Origin: Mobula hypostoma
Taxonomy: Eukaryota
Direction of reading: 5' to 3'
DNA length: 64,000 bases
NCBI RefSeq assembly: GCF_963921235.1
Contig: NC_086097.1
Location: forward strand, 8,122,001-8,186,000
In this document: piece after piece, positions 46,793 to 59,113 of the stretch
Layout: the number at the start of each line of letters is the position of its first letter
Position numbering within the stretch: the stretch's first letter is position 1
Notes under the pieces: model-generated
What the model was told of the DNA's origin: nothing
What the model saw: only the letters and a program-made list of their open reading frames with translations
The model's database searches: none
Translations under genes and position numbers: made by a program

Positions 46793-47240
46793 TAGTCCTA
46801 GTGAGACGTGGAAGAAGCCTTGCCCGAAATTACCCCATGGTGCCCAGAACCTCCAAGTGCCAGAAACATCCACTACAGACAGAGTAGCAGAACACTGGCA
46901 GGTTAAGTGGCCTCCGGTAAGCTGAGGGAGGGAGTGGTTACAGTTTGAGGAAGAGCTATTGGAGCCTCTAGAGATGGGGTTTAGACATTTTGCTGGCTGC
47001 TTGCTGTATAGAACCTACTTTCTCCTTCGCATTACGGGGGACTGCAAAGAAAAGAGCCATCTGGATCATCACAGAAGCTGCTGAACAGGCCTCCAGATGG
47101 CTACGGTTCAAGACCTACGACACAGGACCTGATCAGCCCTGTCTGGGTCGCCTGGGTGAGAGTGTCAGATGTTGAAAGACCTGATGACCCCAGGTTACAT
47201 CACTGACGATGTGACCCAGTGCGTCCTAGGAGGTACCTTA
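46793..47240 (+). mobile_element. Internally deleted Hero-type non-LTR element (N-terminal piece + C-terminus + 3' UTR)
   Basis: PHGAQNLQVP...QVKWPPVS*GREWLQFEEE (compare QAKWPAANKKEWLQLDED at ~59.05 kb) joined to EPLEMGFRHFAG...TAKKRAIWIITEAAEQASRWLRFK. UTR gggtcgcctgggtgag...ggttacatcactgacgatgtg. Confidence 0.75.
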
Positions 47241-47269
47241 GCACTATATAGATAAGATGGTAGTGGGTT

Positions 47270-47452
47270 TACACACACAAAATGCTGGAGAAACTCAGCA
47301 GGTCAGGTAGTATCTATGGAGAGGATAAAGTCAGCTCCTGGCCTGAAACGATGACTGTTTATTCCCCTCCACAGATACTGCCTGACTTGCTGAGTTCCTC
47401 CAGCAAATTCTGTGTTCCTGAGAATGTCCAGCACCTACAGAATCCCTTATCT
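47270..47452. mobile_element. Short palindromic Penelope-pLTR insertion (decayed)
   Basis: tgctggagaaactcagcaggtcaggtagtatct / agatactgcctgacttgctgagttcctccagca. Confidence 0.7.
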
Positions 47453-47805
47453 TTAGGGAGTGGGGTTAATTGTCGGCCAACCTAATGCATGACCTGCAGC
47501 TAATGGGACTCCTGGATTGTCTGTGACTGGCTTCGTGGCTGTGGACCCACTTGCATGAACTTCAATTCTGAATGTTATTTGCTTACTTTTATTGTTGTAC
47601 AATTTCTTTTCCTCTGCAGATTGGGTGTTTGACAACCTTTTTTAATGGGTTTCTTTGTTTTGTGTCGGCCTGTATGGAGAGGAAGCTCAAGGTTGTATAT
47701 AGTATACATGCTTTGATAAGGTACGTTAAACTTTGAACTGTGAAAACATTGGCTCATCTCTGATAGACGAACTGGCCCCTTTCCTTGAAATAATTCATAC
47801 TTCTT

Positions 47806-48705
47806 CAGGGCAGGTAGAATTGAGGAAATAGGGAGTCTGCAGAAGGACTTGGACAGATTAGGAGAATGGGCAAAGATATGGCAGATGGAATATAGCGTGG
47901 TGAAGTGTATGGTCATGCTGTTTGGTAGAAACAATAAAAGCATTGACTATTTTCTGAACAGAGAGAAAAATTCAAAACTTAGAGGTTCAAAGGGACTTAG
48001 GAATCCTTGTGCAGGATTCCCTACAAGTTAATTTGGAGGTTGAGTGCATGGTAAGGAAGGCAATAGGAAAGCATTCATTTCAAGAGGACTAGAATATAGA
48101 AGCAAGGAAGCAATGCTGAGGCTTTAATAAGGTATTGGTCGAACCACTCAGAGTATTGTGAGATGTTTTGGACCCCTTATCTAAGAAATTATGTGTTGGC
48201 ATTGAAGAGGGTCCAGAGAAGGTTCGTGAGAATGATTCTGGGAATTAAAGGGTTAAAATATATGGAGTGTTTAATGGCTCTGACCTGTACTCACCAGAGT
48301 TCTTAAGAATGGGGGGAGGGATGGATTTCATTGAAACCTATCAAATATTGAAAGGCATAGACAGAGTGGATGTGGAGAGGATGTTTCCCATAGAGGGTGA
48401 GTCTTGGACCAGAGGATGCAGCCTCAGAATAGAGAAATATCCATTTAGGACAGAGATGAGGAGGAATATCTTTAGACAGAGGGTGGTGAATCTATTGAAC
48501 TCATTGCCATGAACGACTGTGGAGGCCAAGTCATTGAGTATATTTAAAGCAGAGGTTAATAGGCTCTTGGCTCATCAGGGTGTCAAAGGTTACAGGGAGA
48601 AGGCGGGGGAATGGGATTAAGATAGGGAAAAATCAGCTATAATGGAATGGCAGAACAGACTTGATGTACCGAGTGACCCAATTCTCCTCCTATGTCTTGT
48701 ATTGA
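47806..48705 (+). mobile_element. CR1 3' fragment
   Basis: LQKDLDRLGEWAKIWQMEYSVVKCMVMLFG; IETYQILKGIDRVDVERMFP...RRNIFRQRVVNLLNSLP. Confidence 0.88.
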
Positions 48706-51700
48706 TAGACTAAACACTGCACACCTACTAAGGAAGAAGTTCATAAAGAAATGCTCTCCAGTTGCATTCTGTTTAAATAAATAGTCAGAATGTTTAGTGG
48801 TTTTATGCATTGCTCATACCCAATTGTCCTTGATGTATTGTGCTCTAACCATCCATAGTCCCATTGCAAATTTGATGGTTTACATCTCAGGATAATTCAA
48901 TCTACTTCATTATTTTCTGTCAGATTTTATCTTCCTTCTTATGGATAACCAACACAATGTCATTGTGATTAGATGAAATAACTGGATGGAAAATGTGATA
49001 GAATCATAAGCATGCTTTGCCGCTTCAAGGCTATTTGAGCTGTTTCAGCGATAACATGCATTGCTTTGCAACTTCATTCTTGTCATACTCATGATGAATA
49101 CTTCTCTGTCTGTTTGTCATTCCTTGCTCTCAAATACGACAAGATCAGAGGCGGAGATTATTCACCAAAAGCAGTACGCGCAAAGTGCAGCTTCCCTATT
49201 GGATGCCTCTGATCCCCTTTTCCATCGGTAAATATTTGGGAGATGCAGCAGCTGTGCTGGAGATTATGTTCAATCAGCACAGGCACCTGTCTTTCTCCCC
49301 ATGTCCAATGGCATGGAATTCATTTAATTCACCTTGGAAGGATGAAAGGCTGAATTATTCCTGCACACATTGAAACAGAGAAGCTTCTGTCCCTAAATGT
49401 AACACTTGGACAACACTGGTGTTTGATCAGCGGGCTCGGACAGCTTCAAATGGAACCCATAATTCCCTACTCTTTGCTGCATTCCCCCAGCCCCCACAGT
49501 TGTTGCCAGCAGATGTATGTCACATCAATATTACAGTTTACACAACTGCGGCAACTGGACGATGACATCAGCTGCTGTTATAATAAGTAGAAATTCTAAA
49601 ACAACTTATGAAAACACCAAAACCACATGATCGCACTTTGCTGCATGTAGTGCTAAAATAGTATTCCCAGAGCTGAAGGCGTCCACCTCAAGTATTTCAG
49701 TTCTGAATTCAGCACTATTGTCCCTCAAACGTTGGCAAACAAGCTCCTACTCCTTGGTCTAAACGCACCGCTGTGCAAATGGAGCGTTGAAATTCCAAAC
49801 CAATAGATCTCACAAAGTCTGGATGTAGAACTGCTCCTCCCTCCCCATCATCCTCAACATGGGTGCTCCCCCACTTGTGTACTGGAAATGACATGGAATA
49901 ATCTTTGAAACAAGTTATTGAATCCATGAACACTCACCTCTCATCAGAGAAAGGAAGAAAAATAGAGCTACATAGGAGATAAGGGTTAAATTGACTGTAG
50001 AGTAGGTTAAATCTTCTGGAATATATTTCTTATGTTGACGTTAGTCAGTTTATTGGTGGTAATATTATTTTATATGTTGTGTGTGTGAGTTATATGTACT
50101 GTGTTGAGCACTTTGGTCCAGAGGAACATTATTTTGTTTGGCGGTATACATTTGAATGACAATAAACTTGAACTTGAACATAAACTTGTAAAGACTGGCG
50201 TAATATTGTGAGCCAAGGGGTCTGTAGTGTGCTGTATGCTCTGATTGGTGGGTTTTCCATTGTATCGGACAGTGACGGATTTGTGCAATTCAGTTGTGTG
50301 TTCATAGGTGGCTGCCGAGTCCAAGTTGTGAGTGATGTAGATGTCCACATTAAAGGCATGAAAACTCTGCTGCATCTGGAAGTCGAGCCATTGTGACTGC
50401 TTTCCTTCTTTTCTAGTCAGCAATTAGTACTGCTCGGCATCTCTCTTCTAATCAAGGCTCACCAGTTACCCCAGTCTTGTGCACTCTGTTCCAGCCATTC
50501 TGGCACAGCCCAGCGTGTGCATGTTAGCTTTCACACAGTCTTTGAATCTCTTACGGGATATGCCTTGTTTCCTTTAAATTAACTTTCCATTCTTTCCCTG
50601 CTCCCATATAATTATTTAACTTTGCATTAATGAATCTATTATTCACCTACAGTTTAATGTGGTAAATTTTAAATTCCAACCATTTCTGACTAAATAATTC
50701 CATAATTTATGGTATAATTTTATTAAATTATGATTGTATTTTACTAATAGGGTTCCTGGACTTCCTGTGAATGCCTGAAAGAAAACAAATCCCAGGGTTG
50801 TATTATTTAAAATTTTTATTTATTGAGATACAGCAGGGAACAGGCCATTCTGGCTCTTCAAACCATGCTGCCCAGGAATCCTCTGATTTAATTCTAGCCT
50901 AATCTTGGGACAATTTGCATTGAGCAATTAACCTACTAACTGGTATGTCTTTGGACTGTGGGAGGAAACCAGAGCACCCAGAGGAAACCCACACTGTCTA
51001 GAGGAGAACTTACAAAGTCCTTACAGGCAGCATTGGGAATACGGTGACATATCTGCACTTTGATAATAAATTTACTTTGAAGTTTGAACATAATATTAGC
51101 ATTATGCCCTCTATATCAGGTTTGGTCTACAAGCGTGTATCCAACCCCATCAAAGCTGTCCTAAGCAATGTGTGAAGAGGTACTGTAACTATCTAGGCTG
51201 TGTACTGTGCTATCAGTTAGTGTGACTGGATCAAATCAATCAGCACAATCGTGTAGTGTCTCCTGTTTCTTTACATCTGACCTTTCTTGATGAACTTCCC
51301 AGTGTTAATTGCAACATTTAATCAGCCCATTTTTCAAAGGATGCCTAATGCTTTTATCGCTAACTAGGAGTTAGTGAATGAAGTTTGTTGTTTGTTTGAG
51401 TGTTTTGATGCATGCAGATCTTTAACATGGAGGAATGGAAAAAAATAGAAATTTAATATCAGAAGGTCAGAAAGTGTAGAAATAGAGAAGGGCATTGAGC
51501 AGAGCAAGTGAAGTACTCTCTTTTTCAGAATTGCGTACATTGGTTAGCAATATCTTTCACTCTGTGACGTAAATGCTTATTTGTCAATCATAATTCAGTC
51601 TGAAAATGATCTGGATAAAGTATGAATTTGTAAGTGGATTTAATCAATCTCAAATGGTATCTGGATCCCAGAAGAGATGAAATTCAGTGATATATAACTT

Positions 51701-52039
51701 GTAAGTAAACTTGCACTTAATTCTAAAAACATTTAATCTTCTCCCGTCTAAGTATATCTTCCCATTTGTTTTAGTTTTCTTGACAATTTTCTCCTTTCTT
51801 ATGCTCCTTGGAGTACTGGTTCTCCAATTCCCCACCTGAATGCCTGTACATAACTCATGGATAAGTATTGACAGGGCATGTGGACAGAAATACATCATGG
51901 CAGTACCATTGTGAGAGTGCTGGATCCTCTTTTCATCCAACGGCCACACATCTAGCAGAATTTATTCGATGCAGGCCAAGAACAAGAAAGCATTTTTTCC
52001 TCTCTCTTGTGACCAGGGATTATTAAATGCATATTTGAG

Positions 52040-52390
52040 TGTTTGAGCAAGTTACTGAAGAATAACATAATTTCTATGGGTACAAAACTCAGAGTGTTGC
52101 AGCGCTACGTTCATTCCACACTAACGCATGGAAGTGAATGTTGGACAACATCAAAGCAAATTGAGGAAGACTTGAAGCTGCAGAAATATGGTTTTTGAGA
52201 AGAATGATGAAAGTATTGTGGAAGGCCAGAGTAACAAATCAGGAAGTGTCGCAAAAAGCCGAATAAGAAGAGAGCTGACATCATCAATCAGGAAAGGGCA
52301 GATGGAATTTCTGGGACGTGTACTGTTAATGGATGGACAGAACAAAGTTTTGAAGGGCTTGGTAGAGCTTCTCAGATTAAAAACAGATGG
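52040..52390 (+). mobile_element. RTE-BovB-like LINE C-terminal fragment
   Basis: LLKNNIISMGTKLRVLQRYVHSTLTHGSECWTT; RRELTSSIRKGQMEFLGRVL. Confidence 0.7.
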
Positions 52391-52527
52391 AAGACCATGA
52401 TCACCCATGTCATACTATATGACAAACAATAATGATGGTGAGGGACCTGAGTTTAATTCCAAGTCTGTTCCTGTAACCACATGAGCTTCCTTTAGGTGCC
52501 CTGTTTTTTTCATCAAATCCTAATTGA

Positions 52528-52820
52528 TGCCACAGTGGCGTCGTGGTTAGTGTGACACTGTTACAGCTTGCGATGTTCCAGAGCTCAGAGTTCAATTCCA
52601 GCAACATCTAAAGGATTTTGTGCATTCTTCCCGCGACCGTATGGATTTCTTCCGAGTGCTCCAGTTTCCTCCTACAGTCAAAAGACGTACCGGTTCGAAG
52701 GATAAATGCTCACTGTAAATTGTGCTGTGATTATGCAAGTGTTAAATCAGGGGTTGGCTGGGTGGCACGGCTCAATGTGCCAGAGGGGCCCGTTCTACGC
52801 TGTATCTCTAACGAATGATG
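52528..52820 (+). mobile_element. Near-full-length tRNA-derived V-SINE (HE1-like)
   Basis: A-box-like tggcgtcgtggttag, B-box gagttcaattcc, core cttccgagtgctccagtttcctcctacagtcaaaagacgt. Confidence 0.78.
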
Positions 52821-52929
52821 AGATGGTTTATAGGTTAATTATCGCTGTTAAGAGAAGGGGCAATGTGATCTGGTAATTGTAACACTCTACTCTGCAGTCT
52901 GTTATTGTTTCCTCCTGGTACTAATTTAC

Positions 52930-53305
52930 TTAGGTGGCAGGGTTGAGATATATCTCTACCAAAGGAAGGGTAAAAATCTCCGTCCCTCTGCTAGCCTGCG
53001 CGTCATCTTTGGGCAAGGTGTAGCATATGCTTTGACACCGATCAGGGTTGCATGAACTCATGGGAGCAGGTGGCAGATGGTTGTATCAGCAGCTGGAGCA
53101 TATCACCAGTCCTGGTTATGTGACCACTGACACCAGGCAGACAATCTCTGAAGAGTATTGATAATGGCTGGGATCACCATCTTGTAAAGACGCTGCCCAG
53201 AAGGAAATGGCAAACCACTTCTGTAAAAAACTTTGTCAAAAACAATCATGGTCATAGATAAGACCATGATCGCCCACGTCATATGACACGGTACAAAACG
53301 AACAA
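52930..53305 (+). mobile_element. Short RTE/BovB-like non-autonomous element (type B)
   Basis: Tail gaaggaaatggcaaaccacttctgta...gaccatgatcgcccacgtcatatgacacgg; two other copies in the window. Confidence 0.8.
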
Positions 53306-53326
53306 ACTATCTCAGTGCATCGATAT

Positions 53327-54515
53327 TGTCACAATGGGGGTGCTGGTAGTGAACCCAAATGCTAGACACAGACACTGAAGTACAAGGAACAGGACTTAAC
53401 TAGAGTAGGGATGTGAAAGGATACAGACAAGGAGCACAGACAAGAACACAGACTAGGGCTTGGACCTTGAGCCAGAGACTGGACAAGGACCCAGAACCTG
53501 GGTCTTGCCTCGGGCTTGGGCCCCAGAATCAGGCATGCACATGACATGACTGCAGGACTGGAGGCTGGGGTCTTGAGGCTTGAGATTGGAGACAGGCTTG
53601 GGGTCTTGGGGCTTGAGCTTGGAGACAGGCTTGGAGTCTTGGGGCTTGAGCTTGGAGACAGGCTTGGGGTCTTGGGGCTTGAGGCCTGCAGGCTGGGGTC
53701 TTGAGGGTTGGGTCCAGGGTACTTTGAGGCTTGGGTATGGACTCCAAGACAGAGACTGGGCAAGGACCCAGAACCTGGGACTTGACTCGGGCTTGGACTC
53801 CAGAACTAGGCGAGGACAAAACGAGGCTACAGGACTGGACATGGGTTGGGTGTGGGATGCTTGGGTAGGGCGAGATACAAGGACAGGTAAAGGCACATGG
53901 ACAGGACTCAAATAGGACTGGACTAGGCACGGACTGGACGAGGGCCTTCAGGAGCACAGAGCCTTGGACTAGAAGAGACAGGAGCACAAAACCAGGACCC
54001 CTCCTTGGAACAGGATGTAGGGCCAGGACTCACACAGATAACACAGAGCCAGGACCCCTCCTTGGGAACAGGATGTAGGGCCAGGATTCATACACAGAAC
54101 ACTGAACATGAAGAGATGGATCCCAACACAAGGTGGTGGCAAATGGTCAGACCTACCTAGCGAAGGCGTGGACACAGAGAGACAATGCCACACAACGAAA
54201 GACAGTTCCTTATCTTGACCTAACAAGGCTCCGGTCTTGCTCCAGCAGTAAGACTTCAGCGATACAGGCAGGGTATACAGGTGGGGTATCCAGGCTAGGT
54301 GAGCAGGCAGAGAGTCAGGCAAGGGAGGAAAGACAAGGAGCAGAACAGAACAGTCCAGCAGGGAATCCCTGGTTTGCAGAGGTATTTATGTCTCAGCCCC
54401 AAAACGAGAAACATGTGCCCACAACAGAAACTGGGGAAAACCAGAAACCCCAGAACAAGGAACCATGGACCGGACCGTGAACTGGAACACGGACTTTACG
54501 GACTGGACTATGACA
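53327..54515 (-). mobile_element. Solo LTR (1189 bp, Gypsy-like) with internal tandem repeats
   Basis: TGTCAC...ATGACA; 5-bp TSD GATAT (53322-53326, 54516-54520); inverted homologue of 19862-21456. 33-bp units at ~53567-53700 and ~57-bp units at ~53992-54100. Confidence 0.88.
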
Positions 54516-54885
54516 GATATTATGAAATGATCTGCATGGTTGGCATGCAAGCCAAAGTTTTTCACTGCATGTTCTTTCATGTGATAGTGATGAAACAATT
54601 TACTAATTTTATCAGCCAATGGGAATGTTAAGGGAATAGAATAGGATAAGTTTGGGATTAATATAAATGAGTGTTTGCCATGGGTGAAGCATTTGCTCCT
54701 GTGTAATATGACACCATGATTCAAAAGATTCCATAAAAAAAAGTATCCTGTGAGAGAATGGCAGAGAGGGTCAGTGAATTCTGGTTTTGACATAGGTCAC
54801 AGAATTCCTCAGTCACATCAAATGGAAAATGAGACCACCACCAATGGGAATATGCTGAATAGGAATAATCAGCAGAACTCGTAAG

Positions 54886-55320
54886 AAGATTCAAGATTGT
54901 TTGATGTCATTTCCAATACACAAGTGTAAAGGAGAACAAAATAATTGTTTTTCTGGATCCAATGCAGCACAATAAAACATAATAAGACAAAGAACACAAT
55001 AATAAAGTAACACAATATAAATAAATACATAGCTTATATACCATACATGGACTGATCGTATGTCCATAAGTGACACTTGGCACGCGAGTGTCTGTATATA
55101 AGGGCACTGGGAAGAAATGATAAAGCAGTGCTGACAGGGGGTGTGGAGGGGTGGAGATGTTGATCAGCATTACTACTTGAGGAAAGTAACTGTTTTTTAG
55201 TCTGGTGGTCCAGACATGGATGCTATATAGTTCCTTACTGACGGGAGTGGGCTAACCGGTCCATGAGCAGGGTGGCAGGGATCCTTCATGATGTTAATGG
55301 CCCTTTTTCTGGAACCTGTA
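54886..55320 (-). mobile_element. Rex1-type 3' fragment
   Basis: RKRAINIMKDPCHPAHGPVSPLPSVR; inverted tail aagattcaagattgtttgatgtcatttcc. Confidence 0.75.
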
Positions 55321-55472
55321 TATACAGTACTGTGCAAAAGTCTGAGGCACATATATATAGTCAGAGTGCCTTTGACTTTTGCACAGTACTGTTGTAATTG
55401 TATGTATTGCACAGTAATACTGCGCAAAAAAAATCATGACACGTGAATGATGATACACCTTTGCATTCTTTC

Positions 55473-55726
55473 CCGGCCATGTCTGCTATGCAGCCTTCCC
55501 TGCCAGTATCCTCCTCCAACCCTGCTAGGCAAGTACCTCTGACATGCCCCTGTAATTCCCTTTACTCCATTGTGATACTGATACATGAGAGTAATGCTTC
55601 TCCCTCTCAAATTTCAGTATGAATGCAATCATATTATGATCGCTGCCTCCTAAGGGTTCTTTTACATTAAGCTCCCTAATAAGATCTGAGTTAATACACA
55701 ACACTGAATGTAAGATAGCCTTTCCT
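55473..55726 (-). mobile_element. Inverted CR1 ORF2 piece (end of the APE endonuclease)
   Basis: KAILHSVLCINSDLIRELNVKEPLGGSDHNMIAFILKFEREK...WSKGNYRGMSEVLA. Confidence 0.8.
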
Positions 55727-58700
55727 CATTGGCCTCTTCAATCCGGTCTTCCCAGGAAACAGTAGGTTCCAGCAGGACCACTTGCTTCGTAGACTCCGAT
55801 ATTAACACCATGTCCTGGTGGAGCGGAGTGGCTGCGATGTTTTCTGGGAACTTGAGCGGCCTCCCTAGGTCGACTTGGAGCTGCCAGTCTCGTGCAGTGG
55901 CAAGAAGACGTCCCGAGGAGCTAGGCTGATGTCGAGCCTTCTCCCCCACTCTGTTGAAGGTGATGGACTGTTTGGGAGCATGCTGATTTTTGCTGTCTTG
56001 AATCGCTGTGCTGACTGCGTCCGCCACAGACCTCAGGACTTGGACATGACGCCAGCGGTAAGGCCCTTCCCCCAACGCCTTCGGACAGCAACTTAGGATA
56101 TGCTCCAAGGTTGCCCCTCTTCTTTATACCTTATACTTTATTGTCGCCGAACAATTGGTACTAGAACGTACAATCATCACAGCGATATTTGATTCTGCGC
56201 TTCTCGCTCCCTGGATTACAAATCGATAGTAAATATTAAAAATTTAAATTATAAAGCATAAATAGAAAATAGAAAAATGGAAAGTAAGGTAGTGCAAAAA
56301 AACAGAGAGGCAGGTCCAGATATTTGGAGGGTACGGCCCAGATCCGGGTCAGGATCCGTTCAGCAGTCTTATCACAGTTGGAAAGAAGCTGTTCCCAAAT
56401 CTGGCCGTATGAGTCTTCAAGCTCCTGAGCCTTCTCCTGGAGGGAAGAGGGACAAATAGTGTGTTGGCTGGGTGGCTCGTGTCCTTTATTATCCTGGCAG
56501 CACTGCTCCGACAGCGTGCGGTGTAAAGTGAGTCCACGGACGGAAGATTGGTTTGTGTGATGTGCTGCGCCGTGTTCACGATCTTCTGCAGCTTTTTTCG
56601 GAATTGGACGGGACAACTTCATACCAGGTTGTGATGCACCCTAGAAGAATGCTTTCTACCGTGTATCTATAAAAATTAGTGAAGGTTTTAGGGGACGGGC
56701 CAAATTTCTTTCGTTTTCTCAGGAAACTGGAGTTTTCTGGCACAGTTGGCATGCTGGAGTGTTTGCCATGCCCCACCTGTGCAGGTTGTCTGGGCTTGGG
56801 AGAACGTCATAGACTGATTGGATGAGAAACTTGATGTGCAATGGTTCGGCTCTCCAGAGCTCTGTCCGGGTTAACTTGCGAGGTTCCGCATGCTCCTATC
56901 TAGTCCAGGTGCCTTGTTTATACATGCCGGCCATCTTGCTGTATCGTTCTTCCTCCACTTCTGCTTGTATCTCCTTCTGAACCAGTTGACACTTCTCCTT
57001 TCCACGGGTTTTGTCATAGCATGGTTTGGGAAAACAGCCCGGTCCTGCCTGCCCCACCGTCACAGTGCCCACCAAACTGTTGTGCCGCAGCCGTGCCTCC
57101 GCTCTGTCGACAGCTTCCTGTGCCTGCCACTTCCTGCCGGTCCTTACACGGATTCCTGCCGAAGCAACTTTAACATCAGAGGCGTCTCAGTACATCATAA
57201 CCTCCCTGGCTCGAGTGACTCTGAATTCCTCTGATAGGCCGCTGATGGGGAGCTGCAGCTTGGCGGGATGCCCATACAGGGCAATGCTGCTTAAGGTCCG
57301 GGGGAGCCCTAGCCACCTCCGGAGAGACTGACTGATGGTCTTCTCCAGAGCCTCCACTGTTGACATTGTAGACCAGAAGGGGCCAGAGTAGCCTTGGCAG
57401 GACTCCGTGTTGGTACATCCAGGCTCTGAATTTTCCTGGAAGCCCCGATTTCTCAATCGCGCTGAGCCAGGTTATCAAGTCGCTCCTCGTTTGTTGAAGT
57501 GCGGCTGTGTCCTTCAGGGAACTGTCGAAGATCTTGCCCAGGCTCTTGACTGGTTTTTCTGTCACCATTGGAATCTGGATCCCTCCCAGGGTAAAGTGGA
57601 ACCGGTCGGCCACTCTTCCCTCCTTCGGGACCACAGACCTGGACTTGGCTGGTTTAAAGGTCATCCTTGCCCATGAGATGAGCCGTTCCAGCCCTTGAAG
57701 GAGCCATCTGCACCCAGGGACGGACGTTACCATCACCGTCAGGTCATCCATGAATGCTCGTATGGGGAGCTGCCGAGTACCAGAATCTAGACATGGGGCC
57801 TCCACATTCCACCTCCGCTGACTTGACAATCATGTTCATGGCCAGTGAGAAGAGTGATAACGAGATTGTGCAGCCAGTGATTATGCCCTTCTCCAGCCGA
57901 TGCCAGGTGGATGTTAGTGACCCTGAGGAGACTCTCAACCTGAAGTTGCTGTAATAGTCCAGAATGAGGTTTCGGATCATCTCTGGAACATGGTGTCTTG
58001 TCAGTACTGTTTCAACGAGCTTGTGTGGGATGGATCCATAAGTGTTGGTTAGGTCAAGCCAGAGTGCTGCAATGTCTCCTCTGTTTTTCCTTGCCTCCCG
58101 GATCAGCTGGGTCACCATTCCTGTGTGCTCTAGGCATCCAGGTACTCCTGGGACTCCCCCCTTCCGTACTGAGGTGTCTGTGTGTCCATTCTTCAAGAGG
58201 AACTCAGTTAAACATTGGGCCACAATCTTGAAGAAGATCTTCCCTTCAACGCTGAGCAGTGAGATAATACGAAACTGCTCGATGTTGCTTGAATCTTCTT
58301 CTTTTGGTATCCAGACACTGTCCACGTGCCTCCACTGAGCAGCGACCTTTCCTCTCCACCAGTTCACCTTTAAGATCTTCCAGAGTCACACAAGGAGCCT
58401 TGGGCCCTGCTTGTAGACTTTGTAAGGCACTCCGCTAGGACCAGGGGCGGAACTTGCTCTTGCTGCTTTGACTGCTTCTTTGACATCTTTCAGGGTGGGC
58501 TCAGAGATGTTGAATTGGGTCACCGGTTCTGGAGGTGTCACCAGTGCCTCACACAGGCTGAGGTTCGGCTCCTTCGAGATGTCATTAAAAGTGATATTGA
58601 GATGGTGGTTTATCTCCCCCACAGAACAAGTGAGGTGGCCACTTCGCTTCTGTCCTAGTATCCTCTTGGTGAAGCCAAAGGGATTGGTAATGAAAGCACT

Positions 58701-59113
58701 GCGCTTTCGGGCCCTCTCTTTGCCCTTCCTTTGGTGCCACTCAGCCCACCTGAGTGTGATGAGCCTCCTCCTCATGATATCTGTGAGGTCTGACAGGGCA
58801 GTTTTCTCCTTCTCCTTGGCCAGCTTAAATTGATGCTTCAGAGATTTGAGTTCTCATCTCTGCTGGCTGATCTTCAGTTCCCGCCAGTTTGGTCCCGCTG
58901 GATTACTTGTTTCATGCTTTTCCTTGACGCCAAACCGTTCTGAGCCTATTCTCGTTATGAGGGTGTACATAGTCCGGAGCTTCTGGTCAGCATTGCCCTT
59001 CGATATCGCCCCCAGAATCTTGTCTACATCCTCATCCAACTGGAGCCACTCCTTCTTGTTAGCGGCAGGCCACTTTGCCTGACGCTGTTCCGACTTTCTG
59101 CTTATTGGGGGAA
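55720..59113 (-). mobile_element. Hero-type (R2/NeSL group, RLE endonuclease) non-LTR retrotransposon, truncated at both ends
   Basis: FRIISLLSVEGKIFF, KGGVPGVPGCLEHT, WLDLTNTYGSIPH, GIITGCTISLSLF, AFMDD, CQLC...EHILSCC, YRWRHVQVL, DMVLISESTKQVVLLEPTVSWEDRIEEANE; frameshifted. Confidence 0.9.
56122..56732 (-). mobile_element. Rex1/Babar 3' fragment inserted in the Hero zinc knuckle
   Basis: FYRYTVESILLGCITTWY; RIIKDTSHPANTLFVPLPSRRRLRSL...SFFPTVIRLLN. Sits between CQLCQK and TLEHILSCC. Confidence 0.88.

Noticed and set aside
50188..50422. Possible short solo LTR (TGTAAAGACTGG...CTAGTCAGCA with ATTAAA)
   Set aside because: No TSD and poor terminal inverted repeats.
51650..51949. 99-aa ORF in non-repetitive DNA
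   Set aside because: No recognisable motif or convincing splice context; length is within chance expectation.
52528..52602. tRNA gene (A and B boxes)
   Set aside because: No cloverleaf; it continues directly into a multi-copy SINE core.
53362..53987. Stacked repetitive ORFs (PQDPKPVSKLK, SSPKTPSLSP) as a repeat-protein gene
   Set aside because: They arise from 33-bp tandem repeats inside a TSD-flanked solo LTR.
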